Source: Mobula hypostoma (Eukaryota). From it: a DNA stretch of 64,000 bases. A model generated the notes under the pieces. The model searched no databases, was not told the origin of the DNA, and saw only the letters and a list, made by a program, of their open reading frames with translations. The stretch's first letter is position 1; every line of letters starts with the position of its first letter. The stretch spans positions 1,612,001 to 1,676,000 of the forward strand of contig NC_086108.1 in NCBI RefSeq assembly GCF_963921235.1, written 5' to 3'. Positions 15,001-30,000 of this stretch are shown in pieces. Made by a program: the position numbers and the translations under genes.

Positions 15001-18000
15001 CGATGGTTGTAGATCACAGTGCAGAGTCAGTTCAGCGCAGTGCGATAGTTGTAGATCACATTGCAGAGTCAGTTCAGCACTGTGCGATGGTTGTAGATCA
15101 CAGTGCGGAGTCAGTTCAGCGCTGTGTGATGGTTGTAGATCACAGTGCGGAGTCAGTTCAGCGCTGTGCGATGGTCGTAGATCACAGCCGCAGAGTCAGT
15201 TCAGCGCTGTGCGATGGTTGTAGATCACACTGCGGAGTCAGTTCAGCGCTGTGCGATGGTCGTAGATCACAGTGCAGAGTCAGTTCAGCGCTGTGCGATG
15301 TTGTAGATCACAGTGCGGAGTCAGTTCAGCGCTGTGCGATGGCGGTTGATCACAGTGTGGAGTCAGTTCAGCGCTGTGCGATGGTTGTAGATCACAGTGC
15401 GGAGTCAGTTCAGCGCTGTGTGATGGTTGTAGATCACAGTGTGTAGTCAGTTCAGCGCTGTGCGATGGTTGTAGATCACAGTGCGTCGTCAGTTCAGCGC
15501 TGTGCGATGCTTGTAGATCACAGTGCGGAGTCAGTTCAGCGTTGTGCGATGGCTGTTGATCACAGTGCGGAGTCAGTTCAGCGCTGTGCGATGGTCGTAG
15601 ATCACAGTGCAGAGTCAGTTCAGCGCTGTGCGATGGTTGTAGATCACAGTGCGGAATCAGTTCAGCGCTGTGTGATGGTTGTAGATCACAGTGCGGAGTC
15701 AGTTCAGCGCTGTGCGATGGTTGTAGATCACAGCCGCAGAGTCAGTTCAGCACTGTGCGATGGTTGTAGATCACAGCCGCAGTGTCAGTTCAGCGCTGTG
15801 CGATGGCTGTAGATCACAGTGCGGAGTCAGTTCAGCGCTGTGTGATGGTTGTAGATCACAGTGCGGAGACATTTCAGCGCTGTGCAATGGTTGTAGATCA
15901 CAGTGCGGAGTCAGTTCAGCGCTGTGCGATGGCTGTTGATCACAGTGCGGAGTCAGTTCAGCGCTGTGCAATGGTTGTAGATCACAGTTGGGAGTCAGTT
16001 CAGCGCTGTGCGATGGTCGTAGATCACAGTGCGGAGTCAGTTCAGCGCTGTGCGATGGTCGTAGATCACAGTGCAGAGTCAGTTCAGCGCTGTGCGATGT
16101 TGTAGATCACAGTGCGGAGTCAGTTCAGCGCTGTGCGATGGCGGTTGATCACAGTGTGGAGTCAGTTCAGCGCTGTGCGATGGTTGTAGATCACAGTGCG
16201 GAGTCAGTTCAGCGCTGTGTGATGGTTGTAGATCACAGTGTGTAGTCAGTTCAGCGCTGTGCGATGGTTGTAGATCACAGTGTGTCGTCAGTTCAGCGCT
16301 GTGCGATGCTTGTAGATCACAGTGCGGAGTCAGTTCAGCGCTGTGCGATGGCTATTGATCACAGTGCGGAGTCAGTTCAGCGCTGTGCGATGGTCGTAGA
16401 TCACAGTGCAGAGTCAGTTCAGCGCTGTGCGATGTTGTAGATCACAGTGCGGAGTCAGTTCAGCGCTGTGCGATGGCGGTTGATCACAGTGTGGAGTCAG
16501 TTCAGCGCTGTGCGATGGTTGTAGATCACAGTGCGGAGTCAGTTCAACGCTGTGCGATGGTTGTAGATCACAGTGCGGAGTCAGTTCAGCGCTGTGCGAT
16601 GGTTGTAGATCACAGCCGCAGAGTCAGTTCAGCGCTGTGCGATGGTTGTAGATCACAGTGCGGAGTCAGTTCAGCGCTGTGCGATGGTTGTAGATCACCG
16701 TGTGGAGTCATTTCAGCACTGTGCGATGGTTGTAGATCACAGTCGCAGAGTTAGTTCAGCGCTGTGTTATTGTTGTTAGATCACAGTGCAGAGTCAGTTC
16801 AGCAGTGTGCGATGGTTGTAGATTACTGTCGCAGAGTCAGTTCAGCGCTGTGCGATGGTTGTCGATCACAGTGCGGAGTCAGTTCAGCGCTGTGCGATGG
16901 TTGTCGATCACAGTGCGGAGTCAGTTCAGCGCAGTGCAATCGTTGTAGATCACAGTGCGGAGTCAGTTCAGCGCTGTGCGAAGGCTGTAGATCACAGTGC
17001 GGAGTCAGTTCAGCGCTGTGCGATGGTTGTAGATCACAGCCGCAGAGTCAGTTCAGCGCTGTGCGATGGCTCTTGATCACAGTGTGGAGTCAGTTCAGCG
17101 CTGTGCGATGGCTGTTGATCACAGCTGGGAGTCAGTTCAGCACTGTGCGATAGTTGTAGATCACAGGGCGGAGACAGTTCAGCTCTGTGTGATGGTTGTA
17201 GATCACAGTGCGGAGTCAGTTCAGCGCTGTGCGATGTTGTAGATCACAGTGCGGAGTCAGTTCAGCGCTGTGCGATGGTAGTAGATCACAGTCGCGGAGT
17301 CAGTTCAGCGCTGTGCGATGGTCGTAGATCACAGTGCGGAGTCAGTTCAGCGCTGTGCGATGGTCGTAGATCACAGTGCGGAGTCAGTTCAGCGCTGTGC
17401 GATGGTCGTAGATCACAGTGCGGAGTCAGTTCAGCGCTGTGCGATGGTCGTAGATCACAGTGCGGAGTCAGTTCAGCGCTGTGCGATGGTCGTAGATCAC
17501 AGTGCGGAGTCAGTTCAGCGCTGTGCGATGTCCGTTGATCACAGTGCGGAGTCAGTTCAGCGCTGTGCGATGGCTGTAGATCACAGTGCGGAGTCAGTTC
17601 AGCGCTGTGTGATGGTTGTAGATCACAGTGTGTAGTCAGTTCAGCGCTGTGCGATGGTTGTAGATCACAGTGTGTAGTCAGCTCAGCGCTGTGCGATGCT
17701 TGTAGATCACAGTGCGGAGTCAGTTCAGCGCTGTGCGATAGTTCTAGATCACAGTGCGGAGTCAGTTCAGCGCTGTGTGATGGTTGTAGATCACAGTGCG
17801 GAGTCAGTTCAGCGCTGTGCGATGGTTGTAGATCACAGCCGCAGAGTCAGTTCAGCGCTGTGCGATGGCTGTTGATCACAGTGTGGAGTCAGTTCAGCGC
17901 TGTGCAATGGTTGTACATCACAGTGCGGAGTCAGTTCAGCGCTGTGTGAATGCTGTAGATCACAGTGTGTAGTCAGTTCAGCGCTGTGCGATGGTCGTAG

Positions 18001-21000
18001 ATCACAGTGTGTAGTCAGTTCAGCGCTGTGTGATGGTTGTAGATCACATTGCGGAGTCAGTTCAGCGCTGTGTGAATGCTGTAGATCACAGTGTGTAGTC
18101 AGTTCAGCGCTGTGCGATGGTCGTAGATCACAGTGTGTAGTCAGTTCAGCGCTGTGTGATGGTTGTAGATCACATTGCGGAGTCAGTTCAGCGTTGTGTG
18201 ATGGTTGTAGATCACAGTGCGGAGTCAGTTCAGCGCTGTGCGATGGCTGTAGATCACAGCCGCAGAGTCAGTTCAGCGCTGTGCGATGGTCGTAGATCAC
18301 AGCCGCAGAGTCAGTTCAGCGCTGTGCGATGGTTGTAGATCACAGTGCGGAGTCAGTTCAGCGCAGTGCGATGGTTGTAGATCACAGTGCGGAGTCAGTT
18401 CAGCGCTGTGTGATGGTTGTAGATCACAGTGCGGAGTCAGTTCAGCGCTGTGCGATGGTCGTAGATCACAGCCGCAGAGTCAGTTCAGCGCTGTGCGATG
18501 GTTGTAGATCACAGTGCGGAGTCAGTTCAGCGCTGTGCGATGGTCGTAGATCATAGTGCAGAGTCTGTTCAGCGCTGTGCGATGGTCGTAGATCACAGTG
18601 CGGAGTCAGTTCAGCGCTGTGCGATGGTTGTAGATCACAGTGCGGAGTCAGTTCAGCGCTGTGCGATGGTTGTAGATCACAGTGCGGAGTCAGTTCAGCG
18701 CTGTGCGATGGTTGTAGATCACAGTGCGGAGTCAGTTCAGCGCTGTGCGATGGTTGTAGATCACAGTGCGGAGTCAGTTCAGCGCTGTGCGATGGTTGTA
18801 GATCACAGTGTGGAGTCAGTTCAGCGCTGTGCGATGGTTGTAGATCACAGTGCGGAGTCAGTTCAGCGCTGTGCGATGGGTGTAGATCACAGTGCGGAGT
18901 CAGTTCAGCGCTGTGCGATGGTTGTAGATCACAGTGCGGAGTCAGTTCAGCGCTGTGCAATGGTTGTTGATCACAGTGCAGAGTCAGTTCAGCGCTGTGC
19001 GATGGTTGTAGATCACAGCCGGAGAGTCAGTTCAGCGCTGTGCGATGGCTGTAGATCACAGTGCGGAGTCAGTTCAGCGCTGTGTGATGGTTGTAGATCA
19101 CAGTGCGGAGTCAGTTCAGCGCTGTGCGATGGTTGTAGATCACAGCCGCAGAGTCAGTTCAGCGCTGTGCGATGGTTGTACATCACAGTGCGGCGTCAGT
19201 TCAGCGCTGTGCAATGGTTGTAGATCACATTGTGGAGTCAGTTCAGCGCTGTGCGATGTTGTAGATCACAGTGCGGAGTCAGTTCAGCGCTGTGCGATGG
19301 CGGTTGATCACAGTGTGGAGTCAGTTCAGCGCTGTGCGATGGTTGTAGATCACAGTGCGGAGTCAGTTCAGCGCTGTGTGATGGTTGTAGATCACAGTGT
19401 GTAGTCAGTTCAGCGCTGTGCGATGGTTGTAGATCACAGTGTGTAGTCAGTTCAGCGCTGTGCGATGGTTGTAGATCACAGTGCGGAGTCAGTTCAGCGT
19501 TGTGCGATGGCTGTTGATCACAGTGCGGAGTCAGTTCAGCGCTGTGCGATGGTCGTAGATCACAGTGCAGAGTCAGTTCAGCGCTGTGCGATGTTGTAGA
19601 TCACAGTGCGGAGTCAGTTCAGCGCTGTGCGATGGCGGTTGATCACAGTGTGGAGTCAGTTCAGCGCTGTGCGATGGTTGTAGATCACAGTGCGGAGTCA
19701 GTTCAGCGCTGTGTGATGGTTGTAGATCACAGTGTGTAGTCAGTTCAGCGCTGTGCGATGGTTGTAGATCACAGTGTGTCGTCAGTTCAGCGCTGTGCGA
19801 TGCTTGTAGATCACAGTGCGGAGTCAGTTCAGCGCTGTGCGATGGCTGTTGATCACAGTGTGGAGTCAGTTCAGTGCTGTGCGATGGTTGTAGATCTCAG
19901 TGCGGAGTCAGTTCAGCGCTGTGTGATGGTTGTACATCACAGTGTGTAGTCAGTTCAGCGCTGTGCGATGGTTGTAGATCACAGTGTGTAGTCAGCTCAG
20001 CGCTGTGCGATTCTTGTAGATCACAGTGCGGAGTCAGTTCAGCGCTGTGCGATAGTTGTAGATCACAGTGCGGAGTCAGTTCAGCGCTGTGTGATGGTTG
20101 TAGATCACAGTGCGGAGTCAGTTCAGCGCTGTGCGATGGTTGTAGATCACAGCCGCAGAGTCAGTTCAGCGCTGTGCGATGGCTGTTGATCACAGTGTGG
20201 AGTCAGTTCAGCGCTGTGCAATGGTTGTACATCACAGTGCGGAGTCAGTTCAGCGCTGTGTGATTGCTGTAGATCACAGTGTGTAGTCCGTTCAGCGCTG
20301 TGCGATGGTCGTAGATCACAGTGTGTAGTCAGTTCAGCGCTGTGGATGTTTGTAGATCACATTGCGGATTCAGTTCAGCGCTGTGCGATAGTTGCAGATC
20401 ACAGTGCGGAGTCAGTTCAGCGCTGTGTGATGGTTGTAGATCACAGTGCGGAGTCAGTTCAGCGCTGTGCGATGGTTGTAGATCACAGTGCAGAGTCAGT
20501 TCAGCGCTGTGCGATGGTTGTAGATCACAGCCGCAGAGTCAGTTCAGCGCTGTGCGATGGTTGTAGATCACAGTGCGGAGTCAGTTCAGCGCTGTGCGAT
20601 GGTTGTAGATCACAGTGCGGAGTCAGTTCAGCGCTGTGCGATGGTTGTAGATCACTGTGTGGAGTCAGTTCTGCGCTGTGCGATGGCTGTTGATCACAGT
20701 GCGGAGTCAGTTCAGCGCTGTGCGATGGTTGTAGATCACAGTGCGGAGTCAGTTCAGCGCTGTGCGATGGTTGTAGATCACAGTGCAGAGTCAGTTCAGC
20801 GCTGTGCGATGGTTGTAGATCACAGCCGCAGAGTCAGTTCAGCGCTGTGCGATGGCTGTAGATCACAGTGCGGAGTCAGTTCAGCGCTGTGTGATGGTTG
20901 TAGATCACAGTGCGGAGACATTTCAGCGCTGTGCGATGGCTGAAGATCACAGCCGCAGAGTCAGTTCAGCGCTGTGCGATGGTCGTAGATCACAGTGCGG

Positions 21001-24000
21001 AGTCAGTTCAGCGCTGTGCGATGGTCGTAGATCACAGTGCAGAGTCAGTTCAGCGCTGTGCGATGTTGTAGATCACAGTGCGGAGTCAGTTCAGCGCTGT
21101 GCGATGGCGGTTGATCACAGTGTGGAGTCAGTTCAGCGCTGTGCGATGGTTGTAGATCACAGTGCGGAGTCAGTTCAGCGCTGTGTGATGGTTGTAGATC
21201 ACAGTGTGTAGTCAGTTCAGCGCTGTGCGATGGTTGTAGATCACAGAGTGTCGTCAGTTCAGCGCTGTGCGATGCTTGTAGATCACAGTGCGGAGTCAGT
21301 TCAGCGCTGTGCGATGGCTGTTGATCACAGTGCGGAGTCAGTTCAGCGCTGTGCGATGGTCGTAGATCACAGTGCAGAGTCAGTTCAGCGCTGTGCGATG
21401 GTTGTAGATCACAGTGCGGAATCAGTTCAGCGCTGTGTGATGGTTGTAGATCACAGTGCGGAGTCAGTTCAGCGCTGTGCGATGGTTGTAGATCACAGTG
21501 CAGAGTCAGTTCAGCGCAGTGCGATAGTTGTAGATCACATTGCAGAGTCAGTTCAGCACTGTGTGATGGTTGTAGATCACAGTGCGGAGTGAGTTCAGCG
21601 CTGTGCGATGGTTGTAGATCACAGTGCGGAGTCAGTTCAGCGCTGTGTGATGGTTGTAGATCACAGTGCAGAGACAGTTCAGCGCTGTGCGATGGTCGTA
21701 GATCACAGTGCGGAGTCAGTTCAGCGCTGTGCGATGGTCGTAGATCACAGTGCAGAGTCAGTTCAGCGCTGTGCGATGTTGTAGATCACAGTGCGGAGTC
21801 AGTTCAGCGCTGTGCGATGGCGGTTGATCACAGTGTGGAGTCAGTTCAGCGCTGTGCGATGGTTGTAGATCACAGTGCGGAGTCAGTTCAGCGCTGTGTG
21901 ATGGTTGTAGATCACAGTGTGTAGTCAGTTCAGCGCTGTGCGATGGTTGTAGATCACAGTGTGTCGTCAGTTCAGCGCTGTGCGATGCTTGTAGATCACA
22001 GTGCGGAGTCAGTTCAGCGCTGTGCGATGGCTATTGATCACAGTGCGGAGTCAGTTCAGCGCTGTGCGATGGTCGTAGATCACAGTGCAGAGTCAGTTCA
22101 GCGCTGTGCGATGTTGCAGATCACAGTGCGGAGTCAGTTCAGCGCTGTGCGATGGCGGTTGATCACAGTGTGGAGTCAGTTCAGCGCTGTGCGATGGTTG
22201 TAGATCACAGTGCGGAGTCAGTTCAACGCTGTGCGATGGTTGTAGATCACAGTGCGGAGTCAGTTCAGCGCTGTGCGATGGTTGTAGATCACAGCCGCAG
22301 AGTCAGTTCAGCGCTGTGCGATGGCTGTTGATCACAGTGCGGAGTCAGTTCAGCGCTGTGCGATGGTTGTAGATCACCGTGTGGAGTCAGTTCAGCATTG
22401 TGCGATGGTTGTAGATCACAGTGCAGAGTCAGTTCAGCGCTGTGCGATGGTTGTAGATCACAGTGCGGAGTCAGTTCAGCGCTGTGCGATGGTTGTAGAT
22501 AGTGCAGAGTCTGTTCAGCGCTGTGCGATGGTTGTAGATCACAGTGCGGAGTCAGTTCAGCGCTGTGCGATGGTTGTAGATCACAGTGCGGAGTCAGTTC
22601 AGCGCAGTGCGATAGTTGTAGATCACATTGCAGAGTCAACTCAGCACTGTGTGATGGTTGTAGATCACAGTGCGGAGTCAGTTCAGCGCTGTGCGATGGT
22701 TGTAGATCACAGTCGCAGAGTTTGTTCAGCGCTGTGTGATTGTTGTAGATCACAGTGTGAAGTCAGTTCAGCATTGTGCGATGGCTGTTGATCACAGCTG
22801 GGAGTCAGTTCAGCACTGTGCGATAGTTGTAGATCACAGGGCGGAGACAGTTCAGCTCTGTGTGATGGTTGTAGATCACAGTGCGGAGTCAGTTCAGCGC
22901 TGTGCGATGTTGTAGATCACAGTGCGGAGTCAGTTCAGCGCTGTGCGATGGTAGTAGATCACAGTCGCGGAGTCAGTTCAGCGCTGTGCGATGGTCGTAG
23001 ATCACAGTGCGGAGTCAGTTCAGCGCTGTGCGATGGTCGTAGATCACAGTGCGGAGTCAGTTCAGCGCTGTGCGATGGTCGTAGATCACAGTGTGTAGTC
23101 AGTTCAGCGCTGTGGATGTTTGTAGATCACATTGCGGATTCAGTTCAGCGCTGTGCGATAGTTGCAGATCACAGTGCGGAGTCAGTTCAGCGCTGTGTGA
23201 TGGCTGTAGATCACAGTGCGGAGTCAGTTCAGCGCTGTGCGATGGCTGTAGATCACAGCCGCAGAGTCAGTTCAGCGCTGTGCGATGGTCGTAGATCACA
23301 GCCGCAGAGTCAGTGCAGCGCTGTGCGATGGTTGTAGATCACAGTGCGGAGTCAGTTCAGCGCTGTGGGATGGTTGTAGATCACAGTGCGGAGTCAGTTA
23401 AGCGCAGTGCGATGGTTGTAGATCACAGTGTGAAGTCAGTTCAGCGCTGTGCGATGGTTGTAGATCACAGTGCGGAGTTAGTTCAGCGCTGTGCGATGGT
23501 TGTAGATCACAGTGCGGAGACAGTTCAGCGCTGTGCGATGGTTGTAGATCACAGCCGCAGAGTCAGTTCAGCACTGTGCGATGGTTGTAGATCACAGCCG
23601 CAGTGTCAGTTCAGCGCTGTGCGATGGCTGTAGATCACAGTGCGGAGTCAGTTCAGCGCTGTGTGATGGTTGTAGATCACAGTGCGGAGACATTTCAGCG
23701 CTGTGCGATGGCTGAAGATCACAGCCGCAGAGTCAGTTCAGCGCTGTGCGATGGTCGTAGATCACAGTGCGGAGTCAGTTCAGCGCTGTGCGATGGTCGT
23801 AGATCACAGTGCAGAGTCAGTTCAGCGCTGTGCGATGTTGTAGATCACAGTGCGGAGTCAGTTCAGCGCTGTGCGATGGCGGTTGATCACAGTGTGGAGT
23901 CAGTTCAGCGCTGTGCGATGGTTGTAGATCACAGTGCGGAGTCAGTTCAGCGCTGTGTGATGGTTGTAGATCACAGTGTGTAGTCAGTTCAGCGCTGTGC

Positions 24001-27000
24001 GATGGTTGTAGATCACAGAGTGTCGTCAGTTCAGCGCTGTGCGATGCTTGTAGATCACAGTGCGGAGTCAGTTCAGCGCTGTGCGATGGCTGTTGATCAC
24101 AGTGCGGAGTCAGTTCAGCGCTGTGCGATGGTCGTAGATCACAGTGCAGAGTCAGTTCAGCGCTGTGCGATGGTTGTAGATCACAGTGCGGAATCAGTTC
24201 AGCGCTGTGTGATGGTTGTAGATCACAGTGCGGAGTCAGTTCAGCGCTGTGCGATGGTTGTAGATCACAGCCGCAGAGTCAGTTCAGCACTGTGCGATGG
24301 TCGTAGATCACAGCCGCAGAGTCAGTGCCGCGCTGTGCGATGGTTGTAGATCACAGTGCGGAGTCAGTTCAGCGCTGTGCGATGGTTGTAGATCACAGTG
24401 CGGAGTCAGTTCAGCGCTGTGCGATGGTCGTAGATCACAGCCGCAGAGTCAGTTCAGCGCTGTGCGATGGTTGTAGATCACAGTGCGGAGTCAGTTCAGC
24501 GTTGTGTGATGGTTGTAGATCACAGTGCGGAGTCAGTTCAGCGCTGTGCGATGGTTGTAGATCACAGTGCGGAGTCAGTTCAGCGCTGTGCGATGGTTGT
24601 AGATCACTGTGTGGAGTCAGTTCAGCGCTGTGCGATGGTTGTAGATCACAGTGCGGAGTCAGTTCAGCGCTGTGCGATGGTTGTAGATCACAGTGCGGAG
24701 TCAGTTCAGCGCTGTGCGATGGTTGTAGATCACAGTGTGGAGTCAGTTCAGCGCTGTGCGATGGTTGTAGATCACAGTGCGGAGTCAGTTCAGCGCTGTG
24801 CGATGGTTGTAGATCACAGTGCGGAGTCAGTTCAGCGCTGTGCGATGGTCGTAGATCACAGTGCGGAGTCAGTTCAGCGCTGTGCGATGGTTGTAGATCA
24901 CAGTGCGGAGTCAGTTCAGCGCTGTGCGATGGTTGTAGATCACAGTGTGGAGTCAGTTCAGCGCTGTGCGATGGTTGTAGATCACAGTGCGGAGTCAGTT
25001 CAGCGCTGTGCGATGGTTGTAGATCACAGTGCGGAGTCAGTTCAGCGCTGTGCGATGGTTGTAGATCACAGCCGCAGAGTCAGTTCAGCGCTGTGCGATG
25101 GTTGTAGATCACAGTGCGGAGTCAGTTCAGCGCTGTGCGATGTTTGTAGATCACCGTGTGGAGTCAGTTCAGCACTGTGCGATGGTTGTAGATCACAGTC
25201 GCAGAGTTAGTTCAGCGCTGTGTGATTGTTGTAGATCACAGTGTGGAGTCAGTTCAGCATTGTGCGATGGTTGTAGATCACAGTGCAGAGTCAGTTCAGC
25301 GCTGTGCGATGGTTGTAGATCACAGTGCGGAGTCAGTTCAGCGCTGTGCGATGGTTGTAGATCACAGTGCGGAGTCAGTTCAGCGCTGTGCGATGGTTGT
25401 AGATCACAGTGCGGAGTCAGTTCAGCGCTGTGTGATGGTTGTAGATCACAGTGCGGAGTCAGTTCAGCGCTGTGCGATGGTTGTAGATCACAGCCGCAGA
25501 GTCAGTTCAGCGCTGTGCGATGGTTGTAGATCACAGTGTGGAGTCAGTTCAGCGCTGTGCGATGGTTGTTGATCACAGCTGGGAGTCAGTTCAGCACTGT
25601 GCGATGGTTGTAGATCACAGTGCGGAGTCAGTTCAGCGCTGTGCGATGGTTGTAGATCACAGTGCGGAGTCAGTTCAGCGCTTTGCGATGGTTGTAGATC
25701 ACAGTGCGGTAGTCAGTTCAGCGCTGTGCGATGGTAGTAGATCACAGTCGCGGAGTCAGTTCAGCGCTGTGCGATGGTCGTAGATCACAGTGCGGAGTCA
25801 GTTCAGCGCTGTGCGATGGTCGTAGATCACAGTGCGGAGTCAGTTCAGCGCTGTGCGATGGTCGTAGATCACAGTGCGGAGTCAGTTCAGCGCTGTGCGA
25901 TGGTCGTAGATCACAGTGCGGAGTCAGTTCAGCGCTGTGCGATGTCCGTTGATCACAGTGCGGAGTCAGTTCAGCGCTGTGCGATGGCTGTAGATCACAG
26001 TGCGGAGTCAGTTCAGCGCTGTGTGATGGTTGTAGATCACAGTGTGTAGTCAGTTCAGCGCTGTGCGATGGTTGTAGATCACAGTGTGTAGTCAGCTCAG
26101 CGCTGTGCGATGCTTGTAGATCACAGTGCGGAGTCAGTTCAGCGCTGTGCGATAGTTCTAGATCACAGTGCGGAGTCAGTTCAGCGCTGTGTGATGGTTG
26201 TAGATCACAGTGCGGAGTCAGTTCAGCGCTGTGCGATGGTTGTAGATCACAGCCGCAGAGTCAGTTCAGCGCTGTGCGATGGCTGTTGATCACAGTGTGG
26301 AGTCAGTTCAGCGCTGTGCAATGGTTGTACATCACAGTGCGGAGTCAGTTCAGCGCTGTGTGAATGCTGTAGATCACAGTGTGTAGTCAGTTCAGCGCTG
26401 TGCGATGGTCGTAGATCACAGTGTGTAGTCAGTTCAGCGCTGTGTGATGGTTGTAGATCACATTGCGGAGTCAGTTCAGCGCTGTGTGAATGCTGTAGAT
26501 CACAGTGTGTAGTCAGTTCAGCGCTGTGCGATGGTCGTAGATCACAGTGTGTAGTCAGTTCAGCGCTGTGTGATGGTTGTAGATCACAGTGCGGAGTCAG
26601 TTCAGCGTTGTGCGATGGTTGTAGATCACAGTGCGGAGTCAGTTCAGCGCTGTGCGATGGTTGTAGATCACAGCCGCAGAGTCAGTTCAGCGCTGTGCGA
26701 TGGTTGTAGATCACAGCCGCAGAGTCAGTTCAGCGCTTTGCGATGGCTGTAGATCACAGTGCGGAGTCAGTTCAGCGCAGTGCGATGGTTGTAGATCACA
26801 GTGCGGAGTCAGTTCAGCGCTGTGTGATGGTTGTAGATCACAGTGCGGAGACGGTTCAGCGCTGTGCGATGGCTGTAGATCACAGCCGCAGAGTCAGTTC
26901 AGCGCTGTGCGATGGTCGTAGATCACAGTGCGGAGTCAGTTCAGCGCTGTGCGATGGTTGTAGATCACAGCCGCAGAGTCAGTTCAGCGCTGTGCGATGG

Positions 27001-30000
27001 TCGTAGATCACAGTGCGGAGTCAGTTCAGCGCTGTGCAATGTTGTAGATCACAGTGCGGAGTCAGTTCAGGGCTGTCCGATGGTTGTAGATCACAGTGCG
27101 GAGTCAGTTCAGCGCTGTGCGATGGTTGTAGATCACAGTGCGGAGTCAGTTCAGCGTTGTGCGATGGTTGTAGATCACAGTGTGTAGTCAGTTCAGCGCT
27201 GTGCGATGGTTGTAGATCACTGTGTGGAGTCAGTTCTGCGCTGTGCGATGGCTGTTGATCACAGTGCGGAGTCAGTTCTGCGCTGTGCGATGGTTGTAGA
27301 TCACAGTGCGGAATCAGTTCAGCGCTGTGTGATGGTTGTAGATCACAGTGCGGAGTCAGTTCAGCGCTGTGCGATGGTTGTAGATCACAGCCGCAGAGTC
27401 AGTTCAGCACTGTGCGATGGTCGTAGATCACAGCCGCAGAGTCAGTGCCGCGCTGTGCGATGGTTGTAGATCACAGTGCGGCGTCAGTTCAGCGCTGTGC
27501 AATGGTTGTAGATCACATTGCGGAGTCAGTTCAGCGCTGTGCGATGATTGTAGATCAGAGCCGCCGAGTCAGTTCAGCGCTGTGCGATGTTCGTAGATCA
27601 CAGTGCGGAGTTAGTTCAGCGCTGTGTGATTGTTATAGATCATAGTGTGGAGTCAGTTCAGCGCTTTGCGATGTTGTAGATCACAGTGCGGAGTCAGTTC
27701 AGCGCTGTGCGATGGCGGTTGATCACAGTGTGGAGTCAGTTCAGCGCTGTGCGATGGTTGTAGATCACAGTGCGGAGTCAGTTCAGCGCTGTGTGATGGT
27801 TGTAGATCACAGTGTGTAGTCAGTTCAGCGCTGTGCGATGGTTGTAGATCACAGTGTGTCGTCAGTTCAGCGCTGTGCGATGCTTGTAGATCACAGTGCG
27901 GAGTCAGTTCAGCGCTGTGCGATGGCTGTTGATCACAGTGCGGAGTCAGTTCAGCGCTGTGCGATGGTCGTAGATCACAGTGCAGAGTCAGTTCAGCGCT
28001 GTGCGATGTTGTAGATCACAGTGCGGAGTCAGTTCAGCGCTGTGCGATGGCGGTTGATCACAGTGTGGAGTCAGTTCAGCGCTGTGCGATGGTTGTAGAT
28101 CACAGTGCGGAGTCAGTTCAGCGCTGTGTGATGGTTGTAGATCACAGTGTGTAGTCAGTTCAGCGCTGTGCGATGGTTGTAGATCACAGTGTGTCGTCAG
28201 TTCAGCGCTGTGCGATGCTTGTAGATCACAGTGCGGAGTCAGTTCAGCGCTGTGCGATGGCTGTTGATCACAGTGTGGAGTCAGTTCAGTGCTGTGCGAT
28301 GGTTGTAGATCTCAGTGCGGAGTCAGTTCAGCGCTGTGTGATGGTTGTAGATCACAGTGTGTAGTCAGATCAGCGCTGTGCGATGGTTGTAGATCACAGT
28401 GCGGAGTCAGTTCAGCGTTGTGCGATGGTTGTAGATCACAGTGCGGAGTCAGTTCAGCGCTGTGCGATGGTTGTAGATCACAGTGCGGAGTCAGTTCAGC
28501 GTTGTGCGATGGTTGTAGATCACAGTGCGGAGTCAGTTCAGCGCTGTGCGATGGCTGTAGATCACAGCCGCAGAGGCAGTTCAGCGCTGTGCGATGGCTG
28601 TAGATCACAGTGTGTAGTCAGTTCAGCGCTGCGCGATGGTTGTAGATCACAGTGCGGAGTCAGTTCAGCGTTGTGCGATGGCTGTAGATCACAGTGCGGA
28701 GTCAGTTCAGCGCTGTGCGATGGTTGTAGATCACAGCCGCAGAGTCAGTTCAGCGCTGTGCGATGGCTGTAGATCACACTGCGGAGTCAGTTCAGCGCTG
28801 TGCGATGGTTGTAACTCACTGTCGCAGTGGCAGTTCAGCACTCTGCGATGGTTGTAGATCACAGTGCGGAGTCAGTTCAGCGCTGTGCGATGGTTGTAGA
28901 TCACAGTGCGGAGTCAGTTCAGCGCTGTGCGATGGTTGTAGATCACAGTGCGGAGTCAGTTCAGCGCTGTGCGATGGTTGTAGATCACAGTGCGGAGTCA
29001 GTTCAGCGCTGTGCGATGGTTGTAGATCACAGTGCGGAGTCAGTTCAGCGCTGTGCGATGGTTGTAGATCACAGTGTGGAGTCAGTTCAGCGCTGTGCGA
29101 TGGCTGTTGATCACAGTGCGGAGTCAGTTCTGCGCTGTGCGATGGTTGTAGATCACAGTGCGGAATCAGTTCAGCGCTGTGTGATGGTTGTAGATCACAG
29201 TGCGGAGTCAGTTCAGCGCTGTGCGATGGTTGTAGATCACAGCCGCAGAGTCAGTTCAGCACTGTGCGATGGTCGTAGATCACAGCCGCAGAGTCAGTGC
29301 CGCGCTGTGCGATGGTTGTAGATCACAGTGCGGAGTCAGTTCAGCGCTGTGCGATGGTTGTAGATCACAGTGCGGAGTCAGTTCAGCGCTGTGCGATGGT
29401 TGTAGATCACAGCCGCAGAGTCAGTTCAGCGCTGTGCGATGGTCGTAGATCACAGTGCGGAGTCAGTTCAGCGCTGTGCGATGGTTGTAGATCACAGTGC
29501 GGAGTCAGTTCAGCGCTGTGCGATGTTGTAGATCACAGTGCGGAGTCAGTTCAGCGCTGTGCGATGGCGGTTGATCACAGTGTGGAGTCAGTTCAGCGCT
29601 GTGCGATGGTTGTAGATCACAGTGCGGAGTCAGTTCAGCGCTGTGTGATGGTTGTAGATCACAGTGTGTAGTCAGTTCAGCGCTGTGCGATGGTTGTAGA
29701 TCACAGTGTGTCGTCAGTTCAGCGCTGTGCGATGCTTGTAGATCACAGTGCGGAGTCAGTTCAGCGCTGTGCGATGGCTGTTGATCACAGTGCGGAGTCA
29801 GTTCAGCGCTGTGCGATGGTCGTAGATCACAGTGCAGAGTCAGTTCAGCGCTGTGCGATGTTGTAGATCACAGTGCGGAGTCAGTTCAGCGCTGTGCGAT
29901 GGCGGTTGATCACAGTGTGGAGTCAGTTCAGCGCTGTGCGATGGTTGTAGATCACAGTGCGGAGTCAGTTCAGCGCTGTGTGATGGTTGTAGATCACAGT